Source of the DNA: a virus
Virus genome (UHGV): UHGV-0039782
Length of the DNA stretch: 47,499 bases
Reading direction: 5' to 3' (one strand)
Within the stretch, counting starts at the first letter, position 1, and every line of letters begins with the position of its first letter. Positions 19,960 through 28,916 of this stretch are shown piece after piece. The position numbers and the translations under genes were made by a program. A model generated the notes under the pieces. It had not been told where the DNA came from. It made no database searches and was given only the letters and a program-made list of their open reading frames with translations.

Positions 19960-20890
19960 CGCCAGACTTCCACAACCGCGCATATCGCAGAGTCTGGCAG
20001 ACCCATTAGGCGCTGCAACCCGCCTGTCGAAGATGGACAAGGTGATAACGCGCAAATACAAGCAACTCAGGACTCGTTCGCTTGAGTTGTTTCGCACTAT
20101 TCCAAGCAGTCAGGCTAACGCAGAATCAAGCGGTCTGTATTTCTACGATTTCAGTAGTGCGCGCGCAGCTACATTCATGGATGAGTTACAGACACTGATT
20201 GACGAGATTCTGCTTGAAGGTGATGATTTCGGTCACGGCAGGATGTGGGCTAACGTGTTCATCGGTGATGCTTATCAGGCCGGAACGCAGAAGGCTAACT
20301 CAGAACTGTCAAGCCTGTCTCCTGTTTATGCCGAGCAAAGGCCGATTGCCGCGATACTCTACAGTGAGCCTTACCTGAATCGGCTCCAACTGGCGTACAC
20401 AGCCGGATACTCAGACTGGCGCGGATTGAGTGATTACTCCCGCCGGCAACTGGCATCTGTCATCATGGAAGGCATTGCCCGTGGTGCTAATCCTCGTGAT
20501 GTTGAGGATGACATCGTCAAGCGTGTGGATGTGTCGCATAGCTACGCTAAGCAGGTAGCGCAGACAGAAATCACCGGAACGCTGCGGCAGGCTAACAGGC
20601 GTGAAGTCATTGAGGCGCGAGAAGAGTTAGGCATTGAAACGGTGATGCTGTGGCAGTCGGCATTGATGCGCACGACTCGCCAAACGCACGCGGCGAGACA
20701 TGGAAGGTTTTACACGCCAGAAGAGATTGACACGTTCTATAGTGAGAATGGCAATAGATATAATTGCCACTGCGCACAAACCCCAGCATTGCTAATGGAT
20801 GGTAAGCCAGTCATTCTTGAGTCGTCACAGGAAAGGCTTGATAAGCAGCGTGAAGTGTGGCAATCAGCAAACAAAAAGCCCTCTAAGTGA
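19934..20890 (+). CDS. head morphogenesis protein (SPP1 gp7 / Mu F-like)
   Basis: conserved C-terminal motifs of the Phage_Mu_F family ([15 protein letters not shown]); starts inside the portal 3' end. Confidence 0.75.
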   Translation: MKMKIFRFNARLPQPRISQSLADPLGAATRLSKMDKVITRKYKQLRTRSLELFRTIPSSQANAESSGLYFYDFSSARAATFMDELQTLIDEILLEGDDFGHGRMWANVFIGDAYQAGTQKANSELSSLSPVYAEQRPIAAILYSEPYLNRLQLAYTAGYSDWRGLSDYSRRQLASVIMEGIARGANPRDVEDDIVKRVDVSHSYAKQVAQTEITGTLRQANRREVIEAREELGIETVMLWQSALMRTTRQTHAARHGRFYTPEEIDTFYSENGNRYNCHCAQTPALLMDGKPVILESSQERLDKQREVWQSANKKPSK

Positions 20891-20903
20891 GGGCTTTGAT
20901 TTA
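20874..20903. terminator. hairpin terminator overlapping the MuF-like gene stop codon
   Basis: AAAAAGCCCTC-taagt-GAGGGCTTTGATTT. Confidence 0.5.
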
Positions 20904-20977
20904 TCTTATCAGCATGCACAGAACAAATATTATTATCGCATAGCACAATATCTCTACGACGCTGAATATTGTTTTAA

Positions 20978-21211
20978 TCATTTCCATGTTTCGTTTTTAA
21001 ATTGGTAACCACCGGTGCACTCTTGGCATGGAAACTCAGTCCTTCCATCGCCATATGGGTCAACCATTCCAGTGCCATTACATTTTGGGCAAATTCGCGC
21101 ATCACCATCAATAATAGCTTGATGAATCTTCGCCGCCGACTGGTCGGTAAACACATTACCGTCAGAGGTTTTCCAGTGTGTTATAGCAATATTTACTTTC
21201 TCAGGAAACAT
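20978..21211 (-). CDS. hypothetical Cys4 zinc-ribbon protein
   Basis: CPKCNG...CQEC pairs. Confidence 0.4.
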   Translation of the reverse strand: MFPEKVNIAITHWKTSDGNVFTDQSAAKIHQAIIDGDARICPKCNGTGMVDPYGDGRTEFPCQECTGGYQFKNETWK

Positions 21212-21213
21212 AA

Positions 21214-21846
21214 TTAATCCTCCAGTTTTACGCCTGGAATCTTGCCTGCTGCGATGGCGTCGTAAATGATTTCGTATTCGCTATAAATCCAGTTATCACC
21301 CTCATCAGCTTCCCTCTGCATTGCCTGTATTGCCGCATCTCGCTTCCTTTCTGCTTCAGATTTGAGTGGTCGGAATTCCCACATTTTTGAATCAAGAGCA
21401 GTAGACACTCCATTGCCCCAGAAACCAAACACATGACCGTCACAAACAGCAACAACCTTGAATTTATCCCAGTCAACTTGTGAAAATTGCTTACTTTCAC
21501 ACTCACACCCAACCTGAGGCAGGCCTTCGCCGTTCCATTCACCAGCTGACTGCTTTCCTGCTCCCTTTTTGCTAATTTCACACTCATATCTAGCCATTGA
21601 TATGACGGCGCTGTGGTTGTCATCAGCGGTCCACTCAGTAACAAAATTGCCTTCAAACGGCCTGTCCCCATGAATCCAATCATGGCCATTCTCATTACTT
21701 CTCCATTCTCCAGCGAGATAATGCAAGCATGTTAATGTTTTGGCGAACTTCACAGTTCCGTCTTCATCCTGAACCACATAGTTGGCACCCTCAGGCCACC
21801 CACCACGCTTAGGCAATTCTTGAACTAACAGGTCGATAAGTTTCAT
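21214..21846 (-). CDS. hypothetical protein
   Basis: 210-aa ORF in the minus-strand moron block. Confidence 0.45.
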   Translation of the reverse strand: MKLIDLLVQELPKRGGWPEGANYVVQDEDGTVKFAKTLTCLHYLAGEWRSNENGHDWIHGDRPFEGNFVTEWTADDNHSAVISMARYECEISKKGAGKQSAGEWNGEGLPQVGCECESKQFSQVDWDKFKVVAVCDGHVFGFWGNGVSTALDSKMWEFRPLKSEAERKRDAAIQAMQREADEGDNWIYSEYEIIYDAIAAGKIPGVKLED

Positions 21847-21858
21847 TTTGTTTCTCCG

Positions 21859-22074
21859 TCAATAATTTGGCTTTACGTCTTTCATTGTTAATGGCTTCCA
21901 TCCGCTCGCTATTGCAATATCAATGCAATCCTCAAGCGTTTGGGCTTTTATTGGTTCGCCAACTTCACTATCATCAAATTTTCTCTGTATTTGATAGCCA
22001 TCTACGACATAAAGAATCTCTACAGAACCATGCAGTGTGTGCATCGACTCAAGCCATTGCAGGTGGTAGCTCAT
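21859..22074 (-). CDS. hypothetical small protein
   Basis: 71-aa ORF. Confidence 0.4.
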   Translation of the reverse strand: MSYHLQWLESMHTLHGSVEILYVVDGYQIQRKFDDSEVGEPIKAQTLEDCIDIAIASGWKPLTMKDVKPNY

Positions 22075-22370
22075 TTTGTTTCTCCCAATGCCTTGTTAAC
22101 CGCCGCACGCGCATTATCCAGAGCGCGACACTTGCTTGATGTTGTCCAGACTTTGCCGGAGTTGTCGTCGTAGATTTCCAGTAGTTGCTGGAGTGCTGAG
22201 AGCAGTTCCGGTGATGCTGAGATTAATTTTGCGTTCGCATGTTGAGCTTCCGCATCCGTGTTGTAACGAGTGACTCTCGCTACCGCTATATTGTCATTAC
22301 TATCCGTGACCCAATCAGGCTCGTCATCATGGTAATTCCACGGTCCACGCGTGCCTTTAAATTCATTCAT
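22071..22370 (-). CDS. hypothetical protein, FKGT(R/K)GxW family; paralogue of 35464-35772
   Basis: shared motifs MNEFKGTRGPW / MKDEFKGTKGQW and SAPELLxALxQL...KALG. Confidence 0.5.
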   Translation of the reverse strand: MNEFKGTRGPWNYHDDEPDWVTDSNDNIAVARVTRYNTDAEAQHANAKLISASPELLSALQQLLEIYDDNSGKVWTTSSKCRALDNARAAVNKALGETK

Positions 22371-22378
22371 CACCAGCC

Positions 22379-22522
22379 TCACTTAATGTATTCAACAATC
22401 TCAACTTCACGCATCTGCACCAGACCAAATGGCGCAACCACTTTACCGCACGGACGGACTTTGATTTGTTCAAGGCTGAACATTCTGCGGCATCCTGTTT
22501 CTTTGAATTTGACTATTACCAT
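22379..22522 (-). CDS. 47-aa small protein (MVIVKFKETGCRRMFSLEQIKVRPCGKVVAPFGLVQMREVEIVEYIK)
   Basis: fills the gap between flanking genes; stop overlaps the downstream start. Confidence 0.3.
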   Translation of the reverse strand: MVIVKFKETGCRRMFSLEQIKVRPCGKVVAPFGLVQMREVEIVEYIK

Positions 22523-22532
22523 AATCACACCT

Positions 22533-22760
22533 TTACCTGGCAAGAATCCACACATGCTTCAGCGCAGAGAGAAATCTACCAACCCTTGTTTTACCTTTCA
22601 AATTGACCAGATACATATTTGAAACTGAAGATTTCGCCCCGTCACATATTATTGTTATTGTGTTTCCATTTTCATTTTTGAGCCTTGTGAACACCATCTC
22701 ACCTTGCCCGGTAAGACTTAACATATTACTTTCTTTGTTAAGTTCTATTTTCATTTTCAT
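22533..22760 (-). CDS. hypothetical small protein
   Basis: 75-aa ORF. Confidence 0.4.
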   Translation of the reverse strand: MKMKIELNKESNMLSLTGQGEMVFTRLKNENGNTITIICDGAKSSVSNMYLVNLKGKTRVGRFLSALKHVWILAR

Positions 22761-23007
22761 CGCCTTGAATGTAAGTTACAGTGTTTAATGACTTATCTAT
22801 TGGCTTGCTGTAATCGTCATCTTTTTTTATCTCACTGACTACATGCAATAAAATAAACTCAATAACCTCACCGGTTGTCATTTCCGGCGCTCCTTGATTA
22901 TCAATCTCGCAATCATAAGCATTAACAATCAATTCTCCACGTTCATCCTGTGAAATCTCAATGCGTCCAACCTTGTTAACCTTCATCCTCATCACCTCAC
23001 TCATCAT
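22738..23007 (-). CDS. hypothetical acidic protein; first gene of the leftward moron operon
   Basis: 89 aa; promoter-like motifs immediately upstream at 23008-23049. Confidence 0.45.
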   Translation of the reverse strand: MMSEVMRMKVNKVGRIEISQDERGELIVNAYDCEIDNQGAPEMTTGEVIEFILLHVVSEIKKDDDYSKPIDKSLNTVTYIQGDENENRT

Positions 23008-23090
23008 TTGATGTAGATACTATGCACCACTGCTCAATCTACGTCAACATCATTGTGATAGAATTAATCATTATTTGAACGGGAGGCAGA

Positions 23091-23369
23091 ATGAAACTAT
23101 CGCAACGCGGCAAAGAGACGCTTGGAGTCACAGATGTCGTGGATATATCGCCTTACATTACCACTGAGACAACGCAGAATCAGTTTGATGCGCTGACAAG
23201 CCTTGCCACCGACATCGGCATTGACGTTTTCCGCAAATCAACGTTGCTGAAGAAGCACAATCTTCGCTGTTTCTCGTGTGCTGTTGCGCATTTCATCGTG
23301 TGGGGCGAGAAGACCGGCGACAAAGCAAAACGCAAAGCTGAAAAAGAGGTTTACTGGTATGGCTATTAG
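23091..23369 (+). CDS. hypothetical protein upstream of the endolysin (no TM segment, not an obvious holin)
   Basis: 92 aa, SD GGGAGG. Confidence 0.35.
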   Translation: MKLSQRGKETLGVTDVVDISPYITTETTQNQFDALTSLATDIGIDVFRKSTLLKKHNLRCFSCAVAHFIVWGEKTGDKAKRKAEKEVYWYGY

Positions 23370-23823
23370 CAAAAACATGAAGGCATTTCTGGATATGCTG
23401 GCGTACAGCGAGGGCACGGATAACGGACGGCAGAAAACCAATAATCATGGTTATGATGTGATTGTTGGCGGCTCACTGTTTACCGATTATTCCGATCACC
23501 CGCGCAAGCTGATTAGCCTGCCAAAGCTGGGTATCAAATCCACCGCCGCCGGGCGCTATCAGGTGCTGGCTAAGTTTTATGATGCATACAAAAAGCAACT
23601 GCGCCTGCCAGACTTCTCCCCCGCATCTCAGGACGCTATTGCAATGCAGCTAATCAGTGAATGCAAGGCCACCGCTGATATTGAGGCTGGTCGCATTGCT
23701 GATGCTATCCATAAATGCCGCTCCCGCTGGGCTTCCTTGCCGGGCGCTGGCTATGGTCAGCATGAGCAGAAACTGGATAAGCTGATTCAGGTATACAAAG
23801 AGGCTGGCGGGGCTGTAGCATGA
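23359..23823 (+). CDS. R: endolysin, lambda R-like lytic transglycosylase
   Basis: near-collinear match to my recollection of lambda R: KAFLDMLAYSEGTDNGRQKTNNHGYDVIVGG, DYSDHPRK, AGRYQ, WASLPGAGYGQ. Confidence 0.85.
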   Translation: MAISKNMKAFLDMLAYSEGTDNGRQKTNNHGYDVIVGGSLFTDYSDHPRKLISLPKLGIKSTAAGRYQVLAKFYDAYKKQLRLPDFSPASQDAIAMQLISECKATADIEAGRIADAIHKCRSRWASLPGAGYGQHEQKLDKLIQVYKEAGGAVA

Positions 23824-24059
23824 AAAAGCTAAGCAACTGGCTGCTCGGCGCGTGGATTTCGTTCTGCTCGCTGTTACAGCTATGGCCTGACGCAATGATG
23901 CATGTATGGGTAATGATGCCTGATGACCTGAAAGCGGCGCTACCGCCAATCGTGGTTAAAGGTGTTAGCTACTCAATCATGCTGATTGGCATCCTCGGCA
24001 AGATGCATGCGATGAATAAGGCGAATAAGAGGTTAAAAGATGAAAGCAAGAATGCGTGA
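23820..24059 (+). CDS. candidate class II holin (two TM segments, charged C-terminus)
   Basis: 79 aa; TM1 WLLGAWISFCSLLQLW, TM2 VSYSIMLIGILG, Lys-rich tail; overlaps the endolysin stop. Confidence 0.4.
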   Translation: MKKLSNWLLGAWISFCSLLQLWPDAMMHVWVMMPDDLKAALPPIVVKGVSYSIMLIGILGKMHAMNKANKRLKDESKNA

Positions 24060-24181
24060 AATACATAGACTGATGAAAATGCGGAGTGGCTTTTATTTCG
24101 CATATCAGACCACCAAGGGGTTGCACTTTATAACCAACTGCATAGCCCATCCTCACTTATGGCTGGCTGGAGTTTCGGGAA

Positions 24182-24673
24182 ATGGAAACAGTACTCAGTA
24201 GATACTGGCGACCCCTGGCAATTATTATAATTGTTGCAGCTGGCGCGCTGTGGATTCGCGGGGAGGTTATAGAGTACGGCGACCAGCGATACGCAGAAGG
24301 CAAGGCTCAAGCAATCGCAGAGCAAAAGGCCGCAGACGAACAAGAGGAGCAACGACGCAATGCAGAACTGCAAAAGATTCAGGCAGACGCACAGCAAAGG
24401 ATTGACGCTGCGCGCAATGATGCTGTTAATGCTGCTGCTAAGTCTGGCAGGTTGCAGCAACAACTCGCAAATATCCGCAAGCAGCTCGTCGGATATTCCA
24501 CCGCTGAGTCCATTGGCAATCCAGCCGCAGAAACCGGGGTTTTGCTCTCCGACATGCTCAGCAAATCTGTCGAAAGAAATCGACAACTGGCAGATTATGC
24601 TGACAGGGCAAGAGAAGCAGGATTAGCGTGCGAGGCGCAGTATAATTCGTTACGCAATAAAAAAGCCCCGTAA
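24182..24673 (+). CDS. Rz: i-spanin (Rz-like)
   Basis: N-terminal TM (LAIIIIVAAGALWI), long Gln/Ala-rich coiled coil, position after the endolysin. Confidence 0.65.
   Translation: METVLSRYWRPLAIIIIVAAGALWIRGEVIEYGDQRYAEGKAQAIAEQKAADEQEEQRRNAELQKIQADAQQRIDAARNDAVNAAAKSGRLQQQLANIRKQLVGYSTAESIGNPAAETGVLLSDMLSKSVERNRQLADYADRAREAGLACEAQYNSLRNKKAP
24417..24626 (+). CDS. Rz1: o-spanin (Rz1-like) embedded in the +1 frame of Rz
   Basis: lipoprotein signal MMLLMLLLSLAGC with a lipobox, Pro/Ser-rich mature part. Confidence 0.6.
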   Translation: MMLLMLLLSLAGCSNNSQISASSSSDIPPLSPLAIQPQKPGFCSPTCSANLSKEIDNWQIMLTGQEKQD

Positions 24674-24687
24674 TGGGGCTTGTGTTT
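24661..24687. terminator. bidirectional terminator after Rz
   Basis: AAAAGCCCC-gtaat-GGGGCTTGTGTTT. Confidence 0.65.
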
Positions 24688-24812
24688 AATTGGCTTGCTC
24701 TGAGTTTTCTCTCTGCTTCCACATCTGCTTCAGCTGAAAATAAGCATAAGCCTCATCTCCATCTTTAGCATTACGCTCCATTTGCTCACACCATGCAGAT
24801 GGTTTTTGTGGC

Positions 24813-25121
24813 TCAATCTGCTGGCAGTGTTGTTGGCTCATTAACAGATTCCTCAGCCACAGTTTCAACGATGCGCACCAGTGAGCACTCAAGATTCGGT
24901 GCATTGTAATTACCCGCCAAAAACAGCACACTACCAGTGCTAATCAGCACCTGCTTTGCATTCGCCTGTGACAGATTCTGAACGATGAATTGCGCTGTTT
25001 CGGTGCCAATTTTCAGCACTGCGCTACCGTCGCTGTTCAGTGATACCAGTTGCGCGGAAGTGTCAGCAATATTGGTAAAGTTCGCGTTTCGTTGCGCGAT
25101 GGTGATGTCGCAGAATGACAT
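24813..25121 (-). CDS. hypothetical protein
   Basis: ATG at 25121 preceded by GGAG; stop/start overlap with the upstream gene. Confidence 0.4.
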   Translation of the reverse strand: MSFCDITIAQRNANFTNIADTSAQLVSLNSDGSAVLKIGTETAQFIVQNLSQANAKQVLISTGSVLFLAGNYNAPNLECSLVRIVETVAEESVNEPTTLPAD

Positions 25122-25122
25122 T

Positions 25123-25335
25123 TTATGCTCCTGTAGTGATATGGATTTTGCCGTTTTCGCCATATGTTGCCGATTCGATTGTTGCGGTGATTGTAGACAC
25201 CCCATCAAAAGATGCGTCGAGATTGAAGCTAACTACGCCAGCAACCCTGCGTCCGTCCTGATCGACAATCATGCTTCTACCATTAATTTGCTCAACGTGG
25301 AGATAAACAGATTCGTCATGCTTAGGCAATGCCAT
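25123..25335 (-). CDS. hypothetical small protein
   Basis: 70-aa ORF. Confidence 0.4.
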   Translation of the reverse strand: MALPKHDESVYLHVEQINGRSMIVDQDGRRVAGVVSFNLDASFDGVSTITATIESATYGENGKIHITTGA

Positions 25336-25550
25336 TATAATTTCTCCATCGATGATTTGCTTATGATATTATTAACATCAATGACGCATTGAACAGCTCG
25401 GTTGACGTCATCATGAGTGAAGATTTGAGAATTATAAGTTACCTCAATCACACTACCTGCGACCTTGATTTTTAGATGCTTGCTTTCCAGTTTTGCAGCG
25501 AAACCATTGCACTCGAGGTAGACTGATGGCATAGCTTTGCATTCAGACAT
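25335..25550 (-). CDS. hypothetical small protein
   Basis: 71-aa ORF, 1-nt overlap with neighbours. Confidence 0.4.
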   Translation of the reverse strand: MSECKAMPSVYLECNGFAAKLESKHLKIKVAGSVIEVTYNSQIFTHDDVNRAVQCVIDVNNIISKSSMEKL

Positions 25551-26089
25551 TATTTAATCTCTCCGTTCAGTTCATTAACGATTAACGTTGCATAGCCAGC
25601 AATATCCTTCCAGCTATCATCATAGGTCGGGTCGCCATTCAGGATGCGCCCAATCTTGTGTTGAATCATGTCAAGTGCCTCGCGTTGGCTTGGCGTCAGA
25701 TTGCGCCATCCATCCACCTCGCGCATCACATCCTTCAGCTCCTGCATGATTTCAGCACCATCTTTGAATTTACCGTATCGGCTACCGCGCTCGGTGATGA
25801 GCCGCTCTGTCGCGTCCGCTTCAGGTGCGCCAATGCATTCATTGAGGTCTTGTTCGTCGTTGGCTAACTTGAAATCCCATGAAGGGTACTCAGCAAAGAA
25901 CTTATAGCCGCACTTGTCAATACCCTCAATCGTGGCGCTGCTGTGACCAGTTGAATTTAGTGATACGCTATAAAACTGAATATCATCAAATGTCTGCTTG
26001 ATGAGATCCCCGCCGCTTCCACTGTACAAACGGGCAGGATTTCCGACTCCAGAATAAACCAATTTACCATTAATCATTTCTCTCTCCAC
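25550..26089 (-). CDS. hypothetical protein; C-terminal half resembles MazG/DUF550-type nucleotide pyrophosphohydrolase helices (tentative)
   Basis: ERGSRYGKFKDGAEIMQELKDVMREVDGWRNLTPSQREALDMIQHKIGRIL pattern. Confidence 0.4.
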   Translation of the reverse strand: MEREMINGKLVYSGVGNPARLYSGSGGDLIKQTFDDIQFYSVSLNSTGHSSATIEGIDKCGYKFFAEYPSWDFKLANDEQDLNECIGAPEADATERLITERGSRYGKFKDGAEIMQELKDVMREVDGWRNLTPSQREALDMIQHKIGRILNGDPTYDDSWKDIAGYATLIVNELNGEIK

Positions 26090-26298
26090 TTAATCATCTC
26101 GCGTCGCGGCATTGTGACGCGGTTATACTCATCAACATTAAAATTGGCCCGAATCAAATCGTACATATCTTCCTTAGACATATCAGCAAGCGCCACATAG
26201 CAACGGGCAAAGTAGCGAACATCACGGAGTGTCAGTGGCTGACGCTTCTCCACAATGCTGGTGATAATGTCCATCGGCTCGCGTCGTGGTCTTGGCAT
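26074..26298 (-). CDS. hypothetical small basic protein; first gene of the leftward operon
   Basis: 74 aa; motif pair upstream at 26326-26370. Confidence 0.4.
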   Translation of the reverse strand: MPRPRREPMDIITSIVEKRQPLTLRDVRYFARCYVALADMSKEDMYDLIRANFNVDEYNRVTMPRREMIKWREK

Positions 26299-26396
26299 AT
26301 TTACTACTCCTTCTCGAAAAACATCTTGACGTTTCTACATCACTTAGTCAATACTTGTTGACGTAGATTGTACCACAACGGAAAAGGTGATGTGGA

Positions 26397-26600
26397 ATGA
26401 GTGCAGAAAAAGTAATAACAGAAAGATGTGAGTATTTACGCTCCATGCTTGAAGCTCGCGGAGCGAGTGCTGAAGACATTGACCTGTGTCTTGCGCACCT
26501 CACAAACGCGGTCCTTGAAGGATATCATCAGGGGCAGGTCGATTACTCGACTGGGGTGCTGCCTGAACTACTGAGAATGGCAACAGTTGGTAAATTTTAA
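26397..26600 (+). CDS. hypothetical small protein
   Basis: 67-aa ORF, SD AAAAGGTGATG. Confidence 0.4.
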   Translation: MSAEKVITERCEYLRSMLEARGASAEDIDLCLAHLTNAVLEGYHQGQVDYSTGVLPELLRMATVGKF

Positions 26601-26610
26601 GGAGCACACA

Positions 26611-26805
26611 ATGACAACTGATGAACTGTACGAACAATCGTTAATCCAGCGACTGAATGAAGTTGAACGCACTCGCGAATGGCTGGAGTGTGAGTTACGA
26701 GAAGTGCGCAACCGACTACAACGCAAGCGCAATCAGCAGAGGGACGTTATCGACTGGTCAGGTGATGCACCTAAATTTAACAACTTAGGGGAATGGATAA
26801 AATGA
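26611..26805 (+). CDS. hypothetical coiled-coil protein
   Basis: ATG with SD AAGGAG. Confidence 0.4.
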   Translation: MTTDELYEQSLIQRLNEVERTREWLECELREVRNRLQRKRNQQRDVIDWSGDAPKFNNLGEWIK

Positions 26806-27056
26806 CAGCGCCACATATGCCGATGATGAATGATGATGGGCTGCTGGAGTGTCCATTTTGCAATAGTGATGATGTGTATCCTGACTCTGATTTAGAAGGG
26901 AAGAAGCATTTTATTTGGTGCGGGAATTGCGGTTGTGGAACAGGAGTAAGACCTAACAAGCCATCAGCTGTACGCAAATGGAACACCCGCAACGGACACC
27001 TATACACCGCTGATGACTTCAATCAGGCAGCAGAGGAGCGCGATTATGGATTATAA
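26793..27056 (+). CDS. Lar-family restriction-alleviation-like zinc-ribbon protein
   Basis: LLECPFCNSDD...WCGNCGCGTG motif arrangement characteristic of Lar-family proteins. Confidence 0.45.
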   Translation: MDKMTAPHMPMMNDDGLLECPFCNSDDVYPDSDLEGKKHFIWCGNCGCGTGVRPNKPSAVRKWNTRNGHLYTADDFNQAAEERDYGL

Positions 27057-27534
27057 ATCGCAAATCATGCGCGTGATTGTAAATCACCCCGGCGCAACGC
27101 GCGCATACATTGAGAAGAATTGTGGTGGAAAGCATTCAAGCACCACAACGCATCGCCTGCATGAGATGCTTGCGCTTGGTTTTATTCGCCGAGAGAAGTC
27201 CGTGATTCGTGGCGGTAAATGGCAGTACAAGTATTTCATCTCTGATGATGCGGCAGGTATTGATGATGCGATTAAATGCCATTTGCTTGATAACGCAGGA
27301 GCAGAAGTGAAAGAAATTAGTGCTACCACTGGCATTGATTATCGCATCGTGAAAAGCCGCATTCGCATTATGTTTCATAACGGCGATGTGACGCGAAGCT
27401 ATGACCACCACAAGAAGCTGTGGCGTTACTCATGGCAGAAGCGGGAAGTTAACGTCAGCAACCTGTTTAATTCACTTCTTCGCAATGTAAGAGGTCATCA
27501 TGGGGAAAGTCAAACGCAAGAAGCAAGAGTATGA
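27046..27534 (+). CDS. hypothetical winged-helix-like protein
   Basis: ATG at 27046 overlapping the Lar-like gene stop. Confidence 0.4.
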   Translation: MDYKSQIMRVIVNHPGATRAYIEKNCGGKHSSTTTHRLHEMLALGFIRREKSVIRGGKWQYKYFISDDAAGIDDAIKCHLLDNAGAEVKEISATTGIDYRIVKSRIRIMFHNGDVTRSYDHHKKLWRYSWQKREVNVSNLFNSLLRNVRGHHGESQTQEARV

Positions 27535-27676
27535 GCCATTGCCGCCATGCGAAATGTCAGGCATGCCGCAGCATGAGGATGTGATTCTCACCGAGGCAGA
27601 GTGGCGGAAGGTGGCAAGAGTGCAAATCATGTTCCGCAAACTTGCTGAGGACGTACTAAATGAGATGGGCTATTAA
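27500..27676 (+). CDS. 58-aa small protein (MGKVKRKKQEYEPLPPCEMSGMPQHEDVIL...)
   Basis: SD AAGAGG; just below the track cutoff. Confidence 0.3.
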   Translation: MGKVKRKKQEYEPLPPCEMSGMPQHEDVILTEAEWRKVARVQIMFRKLAEDVLNEMGY

Positions 27677-27767
27677 GCATAAATCTGGCAGGACTCTGTT
27701 TGTAACATCAGATGAGTTTATTGCCAATAACCGTAGAAAGATGGGGTGGATAGTGGAGGGAGTGAAG

Positions 27768-28064
27768 ATGACGAGTAGAGAGCAGTTTGAGGAGTGGGTC
27801 AGGGAAGAAACAGGCTTTGATTTATGGCGCACGGAATACCCAATGACAGAATGGGATAACCAGCAGCACAAATGCCATCAAACAAATCTCGCATGGATGG
27901 CATGGCAAGCATCACGCGCAGCAATTGAGATTGAATTGCCAACAACAATAGAGGTGCACCCATTCGGCCCGAGCGCAGCAAAAATGTTTTGTGAGCTGCA
28001 TAAAAACACCGTCGCAGAATGCGCAAAGTCCATCCTCGCCGCAGGTCTGAAAGTTAAAAGTTAA
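27768..28064 (+). CDS. hypothetical protein (start could instead be upstream, at 27660)
   Basis: ATG at 27768 preceded by GGAGGGAG. Confidence 0.4.
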   Translation: MTSREQFEEWVREETGFDLWRTEYPMTEWDNQQHKCHQTNLAWMAWQASRAAIEIELPTTIEVHPFGPSAAKMFCELHKNTVAECAKSILAAGLKVKS

Positions 28065-28074
28065 AGGTGAAAAA

Positions 28075-28407
28075 ATGATTATCCAGTTAAACGACATCAT
28101 GAAAGCAGACATCATTCAACTTGAGGATTATGACATGCAGCTGGCGTTTGAAATCGAAACTGTAGAGCGCCAACTGCAGTATGCTGATAAGAAGGATGAT
28201 CGCGTATGGCACGAGAAAGCACTTAAGGCACGCGACCATATGAAGCGCACGCGAGCACTCATCAAGACTCGTCTGGATAAGTTGTATTTTGGTGAAGAAA
28301 GGTTATTGCATGGTGTAATTCTCAAGATGATTCGTAGGGATATGTCTATTGATAGATTTATGGAGTACGTAAACAAAGCAAAAATAGAGGCTGGCTTCAG
28401 AGGTTGA
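28075..28407 (+). CDS. hypothetical protein
   Basis: 110-aa ORF with SD AAAGGTG. Confidence 0.45.
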   Translation: MIIQLNDIMKADIIQLEDYDMQLAFEIETVERQLQYADKKDDRVWHEKALKARDHMKRTRALIKTRLDKLYFGEERLLHGVILKMIRRDMSIDRFMEYVNKAKIEAGFRG

Positions 28408-28916
28408 AAATGAATAAACGCGAAGAATCAACGAAGAAATGGTGCGATATTTTTAGTTACAGCGACGGCACACTGAAGTGGAAAGTGCGTCCGGCACGCA
28501 GAATGAAAATTGGTGATACTGCTGGGTATATGAAGGATGATGGATATATGAGAGTCAGATGCAGTGGAGGTCAGTATTACGTGCACCGCATTATCTGGGA
28601 AATGCATAACGGTCCTATACCTAAAGGCATGGAGGTTGATCATGTTAATCACGTGAGAACAGATAACAGAATTGAAAATCTTAGACTTGTGTCAAGACTT
28701 GAAAACTGCAAGAACAGAAAACTAAACAGCAACAACACAAGTGGATTTAATGGGGTGTCATGGTCGAAAAGAGATGGTAAGTGGCTGGCATATATTTACA
28801 TCAATAAGAAGAGAATCAGGCTTGGCCTATTCTCTGATATATCTAAAGCCATAGCAGCCAGAGAGAAGGCCAATTTAAGTCATCGGTTCCACAAAAACCA
28901 CGGGGGTAGATCATGA
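28404..28916 (+). CDS. HNH homing endonuclease with C-terminal AP2 DNA-binding domain
   Basis: HNH core VDHVNHVRTDNRIENLRLVSRLEN; AP2-like GFNGVSWSKRDGKWLAYIYINKKRIRLGLF. Confidence 0.8.
   Translation: MKMNKREESTKKWCDIFSYSDGTLKWKVRPARRMKIGDTAGYMKDDGYMRVRCSGGQYYVHRIIWEMHNGPIPKGMEVDHVNHVRTDNRIENLRLVSRLENCKNRKLNSNNTSGFNGVSWSKRDGKWLAYIYINKKRIRLGLFSDISKAIAAREKANLSHRFHKNHGGRS

Noticed and set aside
27660-27767. Separate small gene upstream of the 27768 ATG
   Set aside because: It is in the same frame without an intervening stop, so it is more likely an alternative start for one gene. The strong GGAGGGAG SD favours 27768.
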